Source of the DNA: Dehalococcoidia bacterium
GTDB lineage: Bacteria > Chloroflexota > Dehalococcoidia > Lucifugimonadales > JAGWBF01
NCBI GenBank assembly: GCA_034422875.1
Contig: DAOUJI010000098.1
Location: 4,431 to 68,430 of the forward strand
Length of the DNA stretch: 64,000 nt
Direction: 5' to 3'
A model generated the notes under the pieces. That model searched no databases and had not been told where the DNA came from. It saw nothing but the letters and a program-made list of their open reading frames with translations. Below, one piece after another: positions 36,916 through 47,750 of the stretch. Numbering within the stretch: the first letter of the stretch is position 1; the number at the start of each line of letters is the position of its first letter. A program made the translations under genes and the position numbers.

Positions 36916-37103
36916 CGTGTTTCCTCCCATCAGTTGGTTGTACCGTGCAACTTTACATACATATATAGCCAGAAGTCAATTTCTCTTGGGATGAATTTTT
37001 AGCGGCCCCGCGGGCTCCACCCTCCGGGCCGACATCAAAAGATGTTTCAGAATCGGATTTCCAGCATTGGATTCGCGGAGCGGACCGCTCCCTAATCGAA
37101 TGC

Positions 37104-37331
37104 TCAACCCATGCCGTTGAAGCCTACTATCACCTCGTCGCCATCGATGATGACAGGGGTAATTCTCTCTCCGGCCAATCGCTCCACCTCTTCCGCCGCC
37201 CCAGGAACGGTCGCCACGTCGATTTCCTGAAACTCTATTCCCCTCTTGATGAAGTCGGCCCTGGCTTCGTCAGAATAGCCGCAGTCGGGGTGGGTGTAGA
37301 TTACGATGGTCCCTATCTTTTCCTGAGCCAA
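37104..37331 (-). CDS. Glutaredoxin-like small protein (CxxS active site)
   Basis: 75 aa. IVIYTHPDCGYSDEARADFIKRGIEFQEIDV is a thioredoxin-fold pattern with CGYS instead of CPYC. Confidence 0.7.
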   Translation of the reverse strand: MAQEKIGTIVIYTHPDCGYSDEARADFIKRGIEFQEIDVATVPGAAEEVERLAGERITPVIIDGDEVIVGFNGMG

Positions 37332-37448
37332 CCGGCTCCTCCTTCAGGTTTTTGGGCAACCTCTTCCCGAACGGGCTTCATTATACGACATATAACGACA
37401 TAAAGCGCGGACGGCCCGTTCAGCTTTACCGTTCCGATATTGGAACGG

Positions 37449-40049
37449 CTATAGATTCAACCGTCGGAGACGCAGTGAGTTGGTAAGCACCGTTACAGAA
37501 CTAAAGGCCATCGCCAGGGCTGCCAGCACTGGGTTCAGGAAACCCTGCTCCCCGAAGAAGAACCCCAATCCGCCGGGCACACCCCCCAGATTATTGAATA
37601 CAGGATAGAGAACTCCAGCAGCAACGGGAATAAGGGCGACGTTGTAGAAGAACGCCCAGAACAGGTTCTGCTTAATTGTACGCATGGTCTTACGGCTTAA
37701 GGTGAACGCCGCAAGCGCCCCATGGAGGTCGCCTCTGACGAGAGTGACGTCGGCCGATTCCATGGCAACGTCGGTGCCCGTTCCCATGGCTATGCCTACG
37801 TCGGCCTGGGCTAAGGCCGGGGCGTCGTTTATGCCGTCCCCCACCATGGCGACGACACGGCCGCCAGCCTGGAAGTCTTTGACAACCTGGACCTTGTTCT
37901 CTGGAAGGACTTCAGAAACGGCCCCGTCCAAGCCCAGGCGACTAGCTACGGCATCAGCGGCGGCGGCAGTGTCCCCTGTGACCATATACACTTCCATGCC
38001 CTGCTTGCGAAGACCTGACACTATCTCCACTGCCTCAGGTTTGAGTGAATCTGCGACGCCGATAACCCCAAGAACATGACCGGCCGAACCCACAAAAACT
38101 GGCGTCTTCCCCTGCCGGGCAAGCACACCTGCGGCAGCGTCCAGGCCGCCAAGGTCAAGCTCCATGGATTGCATGTAGGATTCGCTGCCCAGATGCACTG
38201 CGGCGCCGTTTACTCTGCTCACGACCCCCTCACCGGGAACAGCGTCGAAGGCCTCTCCAGCAATGACCGATATGCCACGGTCTTTCGCCTCCGTTACGAT
38301 AGCAGCCGCAAGAGGATGCTCCGACCCCAGTTCCGCGGACGCCGCCAGCCTGAATAGCTCCTCCTCTGTGGTCCCCGACCTGACAGTCACATCAGCCACC
38401 GACGGGCGTCCAACGGTCAGAGTTCCGGTCTTGTCCAACAGAACCACGTCTACCCGATGGGCCTTTTCCAGCGCCTCGGCGTTCCGCACCAAGACCCCTG
38501 CCTCTGAACCTTTGCCGGAACCCACCATTATGGCTGTAGGGGTAGCCAGACCCAGGGCGCAGGGACAGGCGATGATCATAATCGCCACCATAACCAGTAC
38601 TGCGTGAGTCAACGCCGGGTCCGGCCCGACGATTAGCCAGACGAGAAACGACGCGAGGCTAACCGCCAACACCGAGGGTACGAAAATGGCCGCCACCCGG
38701 TCTGCAAGTCTCTGAATTGGCGCTCGGGAACCCTGGGCTTCTTCAACCATGCGGATGATTTGGGCCAGCATGGTGTCCCTGCCCACTTTCCCGGCTGTGA
38801 ACGTGAAGAAGCCAACGTTGTTTATGGTTCCTTCGTAGACCCGACTTCCTACCGTCTTCTCAACGGGCATGCTCTCGCCGGTAAGCATCGATTCGTTCAC
38901 GCTGGAGTATCCCTGGACCACCTCTCCGTCGACGGGAAGCCTTTCTCCTGGTCGTATTGCCACCACGTCTCCAGGCTGTATCCTCTCCGGCGGCATCTCG
39001 ATTTCTTCTCCGTCCCGCAACACTCGGGCCGTTCTGGGACGCAACGACATTAGACGGCTGATGGCCTCAGAGGTGCGCGCCTTGGCGCGTGTCTCAAGCA
39101 ATCGACCCAAAAGGACCAAGGCGATGATTATCGCCGCTGTGTCGAAATAGAGCTGCCTCTCAAATCCGGCGTCGGAAACAACATCGGGGGAGAAAGCATA
39201 CAGGAGCACGGATGCGACGCTGAAGAAATATGCCGTACTTGTGCCAATGGAAATCAGAGTGTGCATGTTGGCGGCGCCGCGCCTCAGGGCATGCAGCCCC
39301 GATGAGTGGAAGAGCCAACCGGCCCAGAAGAGGACGGGCGTGGCAGCAGCCCACAGCAAGTAGGGATAGAAACCCATGTCCATGAGTGGGCTGACCCAAG
39401 GGAACCCGTGGAAACTGCCCAGGAAAAGAAGGATAGCTAAGGGGCCTGCCAACACTAACCGGCGACGCAGGTCCTCGGTCTCTTCGGTTCGGGCTAGACG
39501 CGTAAGTGACACGTCTTCAGCCGATACGTCGTCGACGCGCGCCGCCTCATCTCCGTCCAGGCCCCATCCCACTCCGCCTAACGCTGTGCGAAAGTCATCC
39601 AACGTCACGACGCCGGCGACAGACTGGACCGTGGCCGTCACAGAAACCTGGCCCTCGCCGGAGACGCCCCCGTCCGACGAGAGGTCAGCCGACACAACTC
39701 CCGGAATTGTCGACAGGGCTCCTTGGACCGTGGACTCCCATCCGGCGTAGGGGGTCCCGGCAATCTCAAGTGTGCGGGTGTCAACCGGCGCCGAGTACCC
39801 GGCCATTTTCACTGCCCGCACAATGGCCGCAATGTCTATCGCGTTGTCGGCGGTCTCAACTGTGGCCTTCTCCGTAGCGAGGTTGACCGAGGCGTAGCTA
39901 ATCCCCTCGACCCGCTTCAGCGCATTCTCCACGGTGGAGACGCACCCCGCGCAGGTCATCCCGTCTATGGGCAAAGTGATGCGATTCGAAGACGTCAATG
40001 CGATCGTTCCCCAACAGCCCAATGTACCTGCAACGGTGATGGGAGTCAA
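37449..40049 (-). CDS. copA: Copper-translocating P1B-type ATPase
   Basis: 866 aa. N-terminal HMA GMTCAGC, CPC in a TM helix, DKTGTLT phosphorylation site, GDGINDAP hinge. Confidence 0.9.
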   Translation of the reverse strand: MTPITVAGTLGCWGTIALTSSNRITLPIDGMTCAGCVSTVENALKRVEGISYASVNLATEKATVETADNAIDIAAIVRAVKMAGYSAPVDTRTLEIAGTPYAGWESTVQGALSTIPGVVSADLSSDGGVSGEGQVSVTATVQSVAGVVTLDDFRTALGGVGWGLDGDEAARVDDVSAEDVSLTRLARTEETEDLRRRLVLAGPLAILLFLGSFHGFPWVSPLMDMGFYPYLLWAAATPVLFWAGWLFHSSGLHALRRGAANMHTLISIGTSTAYFFSVASVLLYAFSPDVVSDAGFERQLYFDTAAIIIALVLLGRLLETRAKARTSEAISRLMSLRPRTARVLRDGEEIEMPPERIQPGDVVAIRPGERLPVDGEVVQGYSSVNESMLTGESMPVEKTVGSRVYEGTINNVGFFTFTAGKVGRDTMLAQIIRMVEEAQGSRAPIQRLADRVAAIFVPSVLAVSLASFLVWLIVGPDPALTHAVLVMVAIMIIACPCALGLATPTAIMVGSGKGSEAGVLVRNAEALEKAHRVDVVLLDKTGTLTVGRPSVADVTVRSGTTEEELFRLAASAELGSEHPLAAAIVTEAKDRGISVIAGEAFDAVPGEGVVSRVNGAAVHLGSESYMQSMELDLGGLDAAAGVLARQGKTPVFVGSAGHVLGVIGVADSLKPEAVEIVSGLRKQGMEVYMVTGDTAAAADAVASRLGLDGAVSEVLPENKVQVVKDFQAGGRVVAMVGDGINDAPALAQADVGIAMGTGTDVAMESADVTLVRGDLHGALAAFTLSRKTMRTIKQNLFWAFFYNVALIPVAAGVLYPVFNNLGGVPGGLGFFFGEQGFLNPVLAALAMAFSSVTVLTNSLRLRRLNL

Positions 40050-40092
40050 TTACATGTGGACGACGATCAGCGCGCGCGTCGGATTGTTGGGA

Positions 40093-40917
40093 CTATCCTT
40101 CGTTGAGGGAGGCCCAGAGAACCGGAGCCGAGGTGTCCGAGGGCTCCGTCTGTGTCGACGGTCGGTGCGTGACCAATATATGCTCGAAGTCGTCCATGGG
40201 TTTTTCCGGCACAATAGTCAGAATGCCCCAGCCCGTTTCGTCCACGCTGAGCGCCCCCATCATATGCCGGCTGTCGTCCGAACCGAGCCAAACGTCATAG
40301 TGGTCGCCGTGGGCCAGAGGAGTCAAGCCGAAGGCCATAAGTATTCCGACGCCGTCCTGGTGGGACAGAAGCAACAACGCCTTTGCCGACGGAGACTCCT
40401 GCGCCGTGTTCAGGGGAACGACCTGGCTGTAAGGGTCCGCCATGGCGTAACTGATGGAGCGTTGCTCCTCGGTCATCTCCACCAATTTATTGTCCATGTC
40501 GCCCATTTCTTGTATTCGTGCGGTAAGTTGGCTGTTCTCCTGTTCCAGGCCTCCAATCTGGTTGGACATTCCGATGGCAACGCCGATGAAAGCGGCCAAG
40601 GCCACGATCATAACCGAGGCAGCGGCGCCCAGGGCAATGTAGCCGAATGAGAATCTCCCGGCGAACCAGCTCGTCGGCTCCGGCTCACGCCTGGGAGGAG
40701 ACGGGATGCGGGCGAACAACCGGCTCTTCAGGCGGTCGGGAGGAGCCGACGGCCCGGCAGCCTCGGCCAACAACGTCACGGATTCGATTTCCAGACGAAA
40801 TGCCCTCGTACACAACGGGCATGAGTCCAGGTGCTCCTCCACTCCGGCGGCTTCCACAGCGTCCAGAGCGTTGAGGGCATAACCCGGGAGCAGTTCTTGT
40901 ACGTAGTTGCAGTCCAT
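40093..40917 (-). CDS. Anti-sigma factor (zf-HC2 N-terminus, single TM, RskA-like C-terminus)
   Basis: 274 aa. EEHLDSCPLC zinc-finger motif near the N-terminus and a central hydrophobic helix. Directly downstream of the ECF sigma gene (12-nt gap). Confidence 0.75.
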   Translation of the reverse strand: MDCNYVQELLPGYALNALDAVEAAGVEEHLDSCPLCTRAFRLEIESVTLLAEAAGPSAPPDRLKSRLFARIPSPPRREPEPTSWFAGRFSFGYIALGAAASVMIVALAAFIGVAIGMSNQIGGLEQENSQLTARIQEMGDMDNKLVEMTEEQRSISYAMADPYSQVVPLNTAQESPSAKALLLLSHQDGVGILMAFGLTPLAHGDHYDVWLGSDDSRHMMGALSVDETGWGILTIVPEKPMDDFEHILVTHRPSTQTEPSDTSAPVLWASLNEG

Positions 40918-40929
40918 CTCAAGTATGTC

Positions 40930-41565
40930 CTATGCGGACCCATCCGATTCCTGTGTCATTGCTGCCCTTAGTTTCTGAATCCCCAGCCTTGACCTGGTCT
41001 TCACCGTTCCCAGCGGTTCCCCCAACCTTGTTGCTATTTCCGACTGGGAATAGCCCTCGAAATAGGCCATCACCAGAACCCGGCGCTGCTCCTCGGGAAG
41101 CTGTCCCAAGGCTGCCAGAATCTCGTCCCTGGCAATGTTGCGGTGCGCCGCTTCCTCCGTGTTGTCTCCGGAGGCGGGGTTAAGGTCCAGAAGTTCGTGG
41201 GGAGCCGAGCTGGAAGTTTGAAGCCTCCTCTTCCGGGACTTGATTATGTCGACTATCCGGTGATGGGCGACGCTCATGAACCACGACTTGGGCGCCCCCC
41301 TGTCGGGGTTGTAGCTGGCCGCCTTCAGCCAGAGATTCAAAAATATGTCCTGAGTCGCCTCCTCAGCTAACGACTGGTCCCTGAGCATATACCTGGCCAG
41401 TGAAAAGACCGGCTGTGAGTAGCGGTCGTAGAAGGCCTCCAGGGCGTCCTTCTCGCCGTTGGCGATCAGGGTTATGAGCTGCTCGTCCCTGAGGTCGTCG
41501 TACCTAAGCACTGGCGCCTCTCGATACCGGAGACGCGAAGCCAATGCGTTGATTATTACGCACAA
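40930..41565 (-). CDS. ECF-type RNA polymerase sigma-70 family factor
   Basis: Region 2 (...QDIFLNLWLKA...) and region 4.2 HTH (SQSEIATRLGEPLGTVKTRSRLGIQKLR). The start is uncertain (TTG at 41565 or GTG at 41511). Confidence 0.85.
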   Translation of the reverse strand: MCVIINALASRLRYREAPVLRYDDLRDEQLITLIANGEKDALEAFYDRYSQPVFSLARYMLRDQSLAEEATQDIFLNLWLKAASYNPDRGAPKSWFMSVAHHRIVDIIKSRKRRLQTSSSAPHELLDLNPASGDNTEEAAHRNIARDEILAALGQLPEEQRRVLVMAYFEGYSQSEIATRLGEPLGTVKTRSRLGIQKLRAAMTQESDGSA

Positions 41566-41725
41566 ACTGCCGTTCTGGATTCGCCGGATGTCCGAAAGAC
41601 AAGACTCTACCCGTTCCTATGGATATGTTTCAGTATATCCCCGCCCTAACAGGCTGTATAGCGGAGCAACGTGAGCACGCCCGACAGCAAAACCGCAACA
41701 TAGACCATAGACTCTACGGCTCCGG

Positions 41726-42328
41726 TCAGGGACTTACGATGATGAGGTCCTTCATGCCGTCGAAGGTGGCTGGGCCGATGCCCTTCACGTCCATAGCCTG
41801 TTGAATGTCGGAGAAGGGACCGTTGAGCTCACGGTGGTCGACAATCGCGCGGGCTTTGACGTCTCCGATTCCCGGAAGCTCTTTCAGATCATCAACGGAC
41901 GCCGTGTTCAGGTCGATGAGCCCGCCTTGGGTTTGTTGGCCTCCGTCGGATTCCTCTGAGCCGGACTCCCCCAAAGCTGGCTTGCACCCGTCTTCGTCGC
42001 TGGGAAAGTGGTACCGGCCCTCGTCTTCCACCCTTAAAGCCAAATTTGCGCAGTCCAGGTCAGCGTCCCCAGATGGACCTCCGGCGGCTTCCAAAGCGTC
42101 TTGCACCCTGTCGCCGGGGTTCAAGGAATACACTCCAGGGGACGCAACCGAGCCGCTTACATAGACCTTCAACTCGGGTGTAGGCGTCAAGGTCGGCAGC
42201 ACGATTTCCACACCGCTGTCTGAAGACCTGTTCTGGACGACAACCATGGCGATGCCGCCCGACAGGGCTGCGACAGCCACTACGGCGAGGAAACCGACCA
42301 GGACTGCGTTCAAGGATAGTTTCGGCAT
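41726..42328 (-). CDS. comEA: ComEA family DNA-binding protein (TM anchor + SLBB + helix-hairpin-helix)
   Basis: ORF 41726..42520 trimmed to the ATG at 42328 (MPKLSLNAVLVGFLAVVAVAAL...). C-terminal LNTASVDDLKELPGIGDVKARAIVDHR HhH motif. Confidence 0.8.
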   Translation of the reverse strand: MPKLSLNAVLVGFLAVVAVAALSGGIAMVVVQNRSSDSGVEIVLPTLTPTPELKVYVSGSVASPGVYSLNPGDRVQDALEAAGGPSGDADLDCANLALRVEDEGRYHFPSDEDGCKPALGESGSEESDGGQQTQGGLIDLNTASVDDLKELPGIGDVKARAIVDHRELNGPFSDIQQAMDVKGIGPATFDGMKDLIIVSP

Positions 42329-42449
42329 CTGTCCCCGTTGCCTAAAATCGCTGGGGCTGATTATAATGACCCAGCCACTCAATACAATACAGTCTCCAGT
42401 CCGGCCCCACTGAGCGACGGCGGAGCCGCAAACAACGGGAGGTGACCCG

Positions 42450-43388
42450 GTGAGCCCCAATCCTACGGCCTTTCTACGAGGAGAATATGTGCCCCTTGCA
42501 GAGGCCAAAGTAGGCATCATGACCCACGCCCTCCACTACGGCACAGCCGTGTTTGAGGGGATACGGGGCAACTGGAACGCCGAGGCGGAGAGAATATACA
42601 TCTTCAGGCTCAGGGAGCATTACGAGCGTCTGCTCCGGGGCTGCAAGATGATCATGCTGGACATCCCCTACTCCCTTGACGACCTGTGCAACATCACGGT
42701 GGAGCTTGTGGAACGCTGCGGCCACGCTGAGGACTTGTACATACGGCCTCTGGCCTATAAGGCTGAGGAGCGGGTGGCCAACCTTAAGCTCCAGGACCTC
42801 TCCAGCGACTTCTGCCTCGTGGCGGTGCCTTTTGGCAGCTACCTGGGCACCGACATACTGCGTTGCTGCACCTCCTCATGGAGGCGGGTTGACGACCCCA
42901 TGATCCCGGCCCGCTTCAAGATTTCCGGAATATACGTAAACAGCATCCTGGCCAAGACGGAAGCAACCCTGGCCGGTTTCGACGAGGCGATCCTTTTGAA
43001 CCAGGACGGGCACGTGTGCGAAGGCTCCGGGGAAAACATCTTCGTGGTCATGGACGGAAAGCTGTACACGCCTCCCATCGAGGAGAATGTGCTCCCCGGC
43101 ATCACACGGGACACCATAATCCAGCTGGCCCAATCGGAGCTTGGCCTCAACGTTGTCGAGGCCAAGATAGACCGCAGCCAGCTGTATATCGCCGACGAGG
43201 TCTTTCTCACTGGCACAGCAGCCCATCTAACTCCTGTCATCGAGATAGACAACCGGAAAATCGCCGACGGCGAACCCGGCGCCATCTCCCGGAGGCTGCA
43301 GGAGCTTTACTTCGACGTAGTCGTGGGGAAGAATCCCAAGTACATCCAGTGGTGTACGCCCGCCAACCCCAAAGCCGTCAAGGTCTAG
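42450..43388 (+). CDS. ilvE: Branched-chain amino acid aminotransferase (class IV)
   Basis: 312 aa. ...HALHYGTAVFEGIRG... and ...EGSGENIFVV...LYTPP....LPGITR... patterns. Confidence 0.9.
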   Translation: MSPNPTAFLRGEYVPLAEAKVGIMTHALHYGTAVFEGIRGNWNAEAERIYIFRLREHYERLLRGCKMIMLDIPYSLDDLCNITVELVERCGHAEDLYIRPLAYKAEERVANLKLQDLSSDFCLVAVPFGSYLGTDILRCCTSSWRRVDDPMIPARFKISGIYVNSILAKTEATLAGFDEAILLNQDGHVCEGSGENIFVVMDGKLYTPPIEENVLPGITRDTIIQLAQSELGLNVVEAKIDRSQLYIADEVFLTGTAAHLTPVIEIDNRKIADGEPGAISRRLQELYFDVVVGKNPKYIQWCTPANPKAVKV

Positions 43389-43434
43389 AAAAGCCCGTGT
43401 CCCACTGAGGACGCCACACTGAGGCGACGATAAG

Positions 43435-44067
43435 TTGGACTGGCTGAACTCTCACTGGGTCATATCCGTAGCGCTGGCCTACTTGCTGGGTTCTGTCCCC
43501 TTCGCGTACTTGGCCGGAAGGGTGATCAAGGGCCAGGACATCCGCCAAGAAGGAGACCGAAACCCCGGAGCCAACAACGCCTACCGCATCATCGGACCAA
43601 GGGTGGGCGTGATCGTAGGGGCATTGGACGTAGCCAAAGGAGCAGTGGCCATCGTGGTAGCCAACGCGATAGCCGGTACGACCGAAGCAGCGATGGGCGC
43701 GGGACTGTCCGTCGTGGTTGGCCACAACTGGCCGATATTCCTCAAATTCAAGGGCGGCAGGGGAGCCGCCAGCGCTGTGGGGGTCTTCCTGGCCTTGGTC
43801 CCATACGTTGCCATGCCCCTGGGTGTCGTCGGATTCATCGTACTTAAGACGCTAAAAAGCACGACGGCGGCAGTGGCTATCATCATGATCCCAATGGCCT
43901 TGTTGGTATGGCTTGTGCTGGATGAGCCGACGTTGGCAGTCTACTCGGTAGCGCTTCCCGTGCTTATCGGCTTGCGCCATTATCAGACCACCAGAAATCA
44001 ACCTGAACCTGCCCCGGAGAACATGCCGGAAAACATGATTGACGGGGAACCAGTTCAGTCTAATTGA
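43435..44067 (+). CDS. plsY: Glycerol-3-phosphate acyltransferase PlsY
   Basis: 210 aa, TTG start. YLLGSVPFAYL, GDRNPGANN and FKGGRGAA motifs. Confidence 0.88.
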   Translation: MDWLNSHWVISVALAYLLGSVPFAYLAGRVIKGQDIRQEGDRNPGANNAYRIIGPRVGVIVGALDVAKGAVAIVVANAIAGTTEAAMGAGLSVVVGHNWPIFLKFKGGRGAASAVGVFLALVPYVAMPLGVVGFIVLKTLKSTTAAVAIIMIPMALLVWLVLDEPTLAVYSVALPVLIGLRHYQTTRNQPEPAPENMPENMIDGEPVQSN

Positions 44068-44501
44068 CCCCAGCGATGACGGGTCCCTTCGCCCTGGACT
44101 TCTTTATTCTGGCGTTCCTTATTTCTCTGGGAACTCTCCAGATGGCTGCGGCCTACCGCTCCTTGCGTGGGCTGCTTTTCGTCAGGAACAGGACAGCGGC
44201 ATTCACATTGGGGCTGGCCCTGACGTTGGCCGGATTCCTCTGGTTCTATCTATCGGAGCCTCGGAACATATCCGACACCGAGGGCGGCATTGACGGCAAC
44301 CAGTCGTCGGCTCTCTTCGCCGGTGGGGCGGGTGTCGCTGTCCTTACCACCCTGCTGCTGTCGTCTCTGTTGAACTGGTCGTTGGGTAAGAACGAGCAGA
44401 CACGAGATGGCGCCTCATATCGTCCAGGCCTGGAGGCCCTTGAGCAGACCAACTATATTCGAGCCTTCAAAGCTGCAGTCAGGAGCCTATGGGGCCGCTG
44501 A
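44064..44501 (+). CDS. Hypothetical membrane protein
   Basis: 145 aa with 3-4 hydrophobic segments. Overlaps the plsY stop. The start is uncertain (TTG at 44064 or ATG at 44076). Confidence 0.5.
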   Translation: MTPAMTGPFALDFFILAFLISLGTLQMAAAYRSLRGLLFVRNRTAAFTLGLALTLAGFLWFYLSEPRNISDTEGGIDGNQSSALFAGGAGVAVLTTLLLSSLLNWSLGKNEQTRDGASYRPGLEALEQTNYIRAFKAAVRSLWGR

Positions 44502-45079
44502 TAGAAGCCGACGAGGCAGTCGTCCTTTGGCTCAACGGGCTGGCGAACGACGTCCCGCCCCTTGGGAACGCTGTAGAGCTTCTTGTGGGAGACCACTTCA
44601 TTCCTATTCTCATATCCCTGCTCATGCTGGCGTCCTGGTTCATCGAACGTGACCCGGCAAGGCGTGAGAGGACGCAGAAAGCGGTTTTGGCTGCGATGGC
44701 TGCCATGGGCTGGGCCAGCTTTGTGGTGCTCATGCTGAACATTCCCTTCTTCCGGGACAGGCCTTTCGTAGATCACGAGCTCACCCTGCTCTTCTACCAG
44801 CCCACCGACTCCTCTTTTCCGGCCCACCCGGCGGCGGTGGGGTTCTCCATGGCCACCGCCGTGTGGCAAGGGCACCGGAAAGCGGGCGCCGTCATGTATG
44901 TGCTGGCCGCAGTCTGGGGACTGTCACGGGTGACATCCGGGGTGTTCTATCCCACGGACGTAATCGTCGGCGGGATGATTGGAGTCGTCATGGGCTATCT
45001 TACGTGGCGGTGGTTTTTGTGGATGGAACCTCTGCCAAGTCTCGTAATCAGGGCGGCTCGCCGGTTCCACCTGGCGTGA
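44489..45079 (+). CDS. PAP2 family phosphatase (undecaprenyl-diphosphatase-like)
   Basis: 196 aa. SFPAHPAA and SRVTSGVFYPTDV (PAP2 motifs 2 and 3). Confidence 0.8.
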   Translation: MGPLIEADEAVVLWLNGLANDVPPLGNAVELLVGDHFIPILISLLMLASWFIERDPARRERTQKAVLAAMAAMGWASFVVLMLNIPFFRDRPFVDHELTLLFYQPTDSSFPAHPAAVGFSMATAVWQGHRKAGAVMYVLAAVWGLSRVTSGVFYPTDVIVGGMIGVVMGYLTWRWFLWMEPLPSLVIRAARRFHLA

Positions 45080-45159
45080 TCCCAGGGCTAGGCAACTTGC
45101 TCAGACGCATCTTGTGCTCTAACATAGATTAATTCACATTCACACGGGAGCCTCGGTCA

Positions 45160-47634
45160 ATGACCCTAAAACAGGTGGAACTCAGGTACAGTCCAAAGGA
45201 AATCGACCAGAAGTGGCAGAGCCGCTGGGAGCGGGACGGCCTGCACAAAGTCAACGACGACGACCCCAGGCCCAAGTGGTACGAGTTGACCATGTACCCA
45301 TACCCCTCGGGCGACCTGCACATCGGCCACTGGTACGTGATGGCGCCGTCGGACTGTCATGCCCGGTTCCGGCGAATGCAGGGATACAACGTCCTCCATC
45401 CCATAGGTTTCGACGCTTTCGGCCTGCCTGCTGAGAACGCCGCCATCCAGAGAGGCATCCACCCCTTCACCTGGACCATGTCGAACATCGAGAAGATGCG
45501 CACACAGCTCCGTTCCCTGGGGGCTGTCTACGACTGGGACCGGGAAATCGTCTGCTGCCTCCCCGAATATTACAAGTGGAACCAGTGGTTCTTCATCAAG
45601 CTGTACGAGAATGGCCTCGCATACAGGGGCACGGCTCCTGTTGTCTGGTGCCCATCATGCCAGACTGTCCTGGCCAACGAGCAGGTGGTCAACGGACGGT
45701 GCGAGAGGTGCGAGGCACCCATCACACGCCGCGACCTCGAACAATGGTTCTTCAAAATCACCGACTACGCCGATGAGTTGCTTGATTTCAGCGGTCTGGA
45801 GGACTGGCCGGAGAAGATTCTCACCATGCAGCGCAACTGGGTGGGAAGAAGCGAGGGTGTGGACATAAGCTTCGACATCTCGCACGTGGGAGCGGACCAG
45901 GAGGAGATTCGCACCTTCACCACGCGCATCGACACAATCTATGGGGTCACCTTCCTAGTCCTCGCCCCGGAACACCCGCTGGTGCCCCAGCTGACGACGG
46001 GCGACAAGCGGGTCGAGGTGGAAGCCTACGTCGACGAGACGCGCCGGCAGACGGAAATCGCCCGGCTGTCCGCCGACAAGGAGAAGACCGGCGTATTCCT
46101 TGGCTCCTACGCGATAAACCGGCTCAACGGCGAAAGAGTTCCCCTCTTCACCGCCGACTACGCCCTGATGAGCTACGGTTCCGGCGCCGTCATGGGGGTG
46201 CCTGCCCACGACCAACGAGACTATGAGTTCGCACTAAAATACGAGCTGCCTATCCGGGTGGTGGTGGCTCCCCCTGACTGGGACGGCCAGGAACTGCCCG
46301 AGGCATTCGTGGATGAAGGGGTCATGACAGCCTCCGGCCAATTTGACGGCATGCCCAGCGCCCAGGGCAAGGAGGCCATAGGGGACTACGTGGAAGCCCA
46401 GGGTTGGGGTACGCGCGGGGTCTCATACCGCATCAGGGACTGGCTCATCTCCCGCCAGCGGTATTGGGGCACTCCCATTCCCGTGGTCTACTGCCAGAAG
46501 TGTGGAACGGTGACCGTCCCCGAGGAGGACCTGCCCGTCCTGCTGCCGGAAGACGCCGAATTCAAGCCCACAGGCGAATCTCCTCTGGCTTCCAATTCCT
46601 CCTTCGTCAACACCGAGTGTCCACGATGCGGCGGGCCGGCCCGGCGGGAGACCGACACCATGGACACCTTCGTGGACTCCTCCTGGTACATGCAACGTTT
46701 TACCGCCGCCAAATACGACGAGGGCGCTTTCGACGTCGACGTGCTTCAACAGTGGATGCCCACCAAACAGTATACGGGCGGAGCCGAGCACGCCGTCATG
46801 CACCTGCTCTACTCCCGCTTCTTCACGAAAGCCTTACGGGACATGGGAATCATCGACTTCGACGAGCCTTTTCTCAGGCTCTTCAACCAGGGAGTCATCC
46901 TTGGCGAGGACCGGGAGAAGATGAGCAAGAGCCGGGGCAACGTGGTCAACCCCGACGACTATGTAGACAATCTGGGAGCCGACTCCGTGCGCTGCTTCCT
47001 CATGTTTCTGGGGCCTTGGGACCAGGGAGGTCCCTGGAGCACTTCGGGAATCAACGGCGTCGCCCGGTGGCTCAACCGGGTGTGGGAGCTTTGTCGCAAT
47101 GACTCGTCCGACCTGGACAGGTCTCCGACAGATCCCGAAGCCGTCAAGAACACCGTACGGATGCTCCACCAGACCATCAAGAAGTGCCACAATGACCTGG
47201 ACAAGTTCAAGTTCAACACGTCCATAGCGTTCCTGATGGAGCTTTCCAACGAGATGTCCCGCCGTTGGAACGCCGCCGACCTGGACTCGGACACCTGGCG
47301 CGACTGTGTGGAGAAGTTCCTGCTCATGCTGGCGCCCTTTGCCCCACACCTGGCCGAGGAGCTATGGGAGCAGACGGGCCACGAGTACAGCGTCCACGAC
47401 CGGCTCTTCCCTCAGTGGGACGACGAGTTGGCCGCTGAGGAGGAAATCACGCTGGTGGTCCAGGTTAACGGCAAGCTGCGGGACCGTCTGCAAGTCCCCG
47501 TGGACATCACCGAGGACGACGCCAAGGAGAAGGCCATGGCCGCCCTCCGTATACGGAACCACCTGGCCGAGGGCCAGGAACCCCGCCGCGTCGTCTACGT
47601 CCCCGGCCGCCTCGTCAACGTAGTCCTGGGCTAG
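45160..47634 (+). CDS. leuS: Leucine--tRNA ligase
   Basis: 824 aa. HIGH-type motif (PSGDLHIGHWY), KMSKS (EKMSKSRGN) and the CP1 editing insertion. Confidence 0.95.
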   Translation: MTLKQVELRYSPKEIDQKWQSRWERDGLHKVNDDDPRPKWYELTMYPYPSGDLHIGHWYVMAPSDCHARFRRMQGYNVLHPIGFDAFGLPAENAAIQRGIHPFTWTMSNIEKMRTQLRSLGAVYDWDREIVCCLPEYYKWNQWFFIKLYENGLAYRGTAPVVWCPSCQTVLANEQVVNGRCERCEAPITRRDLEQWFFKITDYADELLDFSGLEDWPEKILTMQRNWVGRSEGVDISFDISHVGADQEEIRTFTTRIDTIYGVTFLVLAPEHPLVPQLTTGDKRVEVEAYVDETRRQTEIARLSADKEKTGVFLGSYAINRLNGERVPLFTADYALMSYGSGAVMGVPAHDQRDYEFALKYELPIRVVVAPPDWDGQELPEAFVDEGVMTASGQFDGMPSAQGKEAIGDYVEAQGWGTRGVSYRIRDWLISRQRYWGTPIPVVYCQKCGTVTVPEEDLPVLLPEDAEFKPTGESPLASNSSFVNTECPRCGGPARRETDTMDTFVDSSWYMQRFTAAKYDEGAFDVDVLQQWMPTKQYTGGAEHAVMHLLYSRFFTKALRDMGIIDFDEPFLRLFNQGVILGEDREKMSKSRGNVVNPDDYVDNLGADSVRCFLMFLGPWDQGGPWSTSGINGVARWLNRVWELCRNDSSDLDRSPTDPEAVKNTVRMLHQTIKKCHNDLDKFKFNTSIAFLMELSNEMSRRWNAADLDSDTWRDCVEKFLLMLAPFAPHLAEELWEQTGHEYSVHDRLFPQWDDELAAEEEITLVVQVNGKLRDRLQVPVDITEDDAKEKAMAALRIRNHLAEGQEPRRVVYVPGRLVNVVLG

Positions 47635-47750
47635 GGCCTGCCGCCCATCACAGCTCGGCCTGAGTCTGTTAACGGCCCCCATCCTCCTCCCGCCCCACCC
47701 CGTTGTATGGTAGGATTAGGCACGGAATACGTCCCCCAAGGAGATGTCCC

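Noticed and set aside
45080-45159. T-box or other leader upstream of leuS
   Set aside because: The gap is only about 80 nt, too short for a T-box. There is no specifier or terminator architecture visible.
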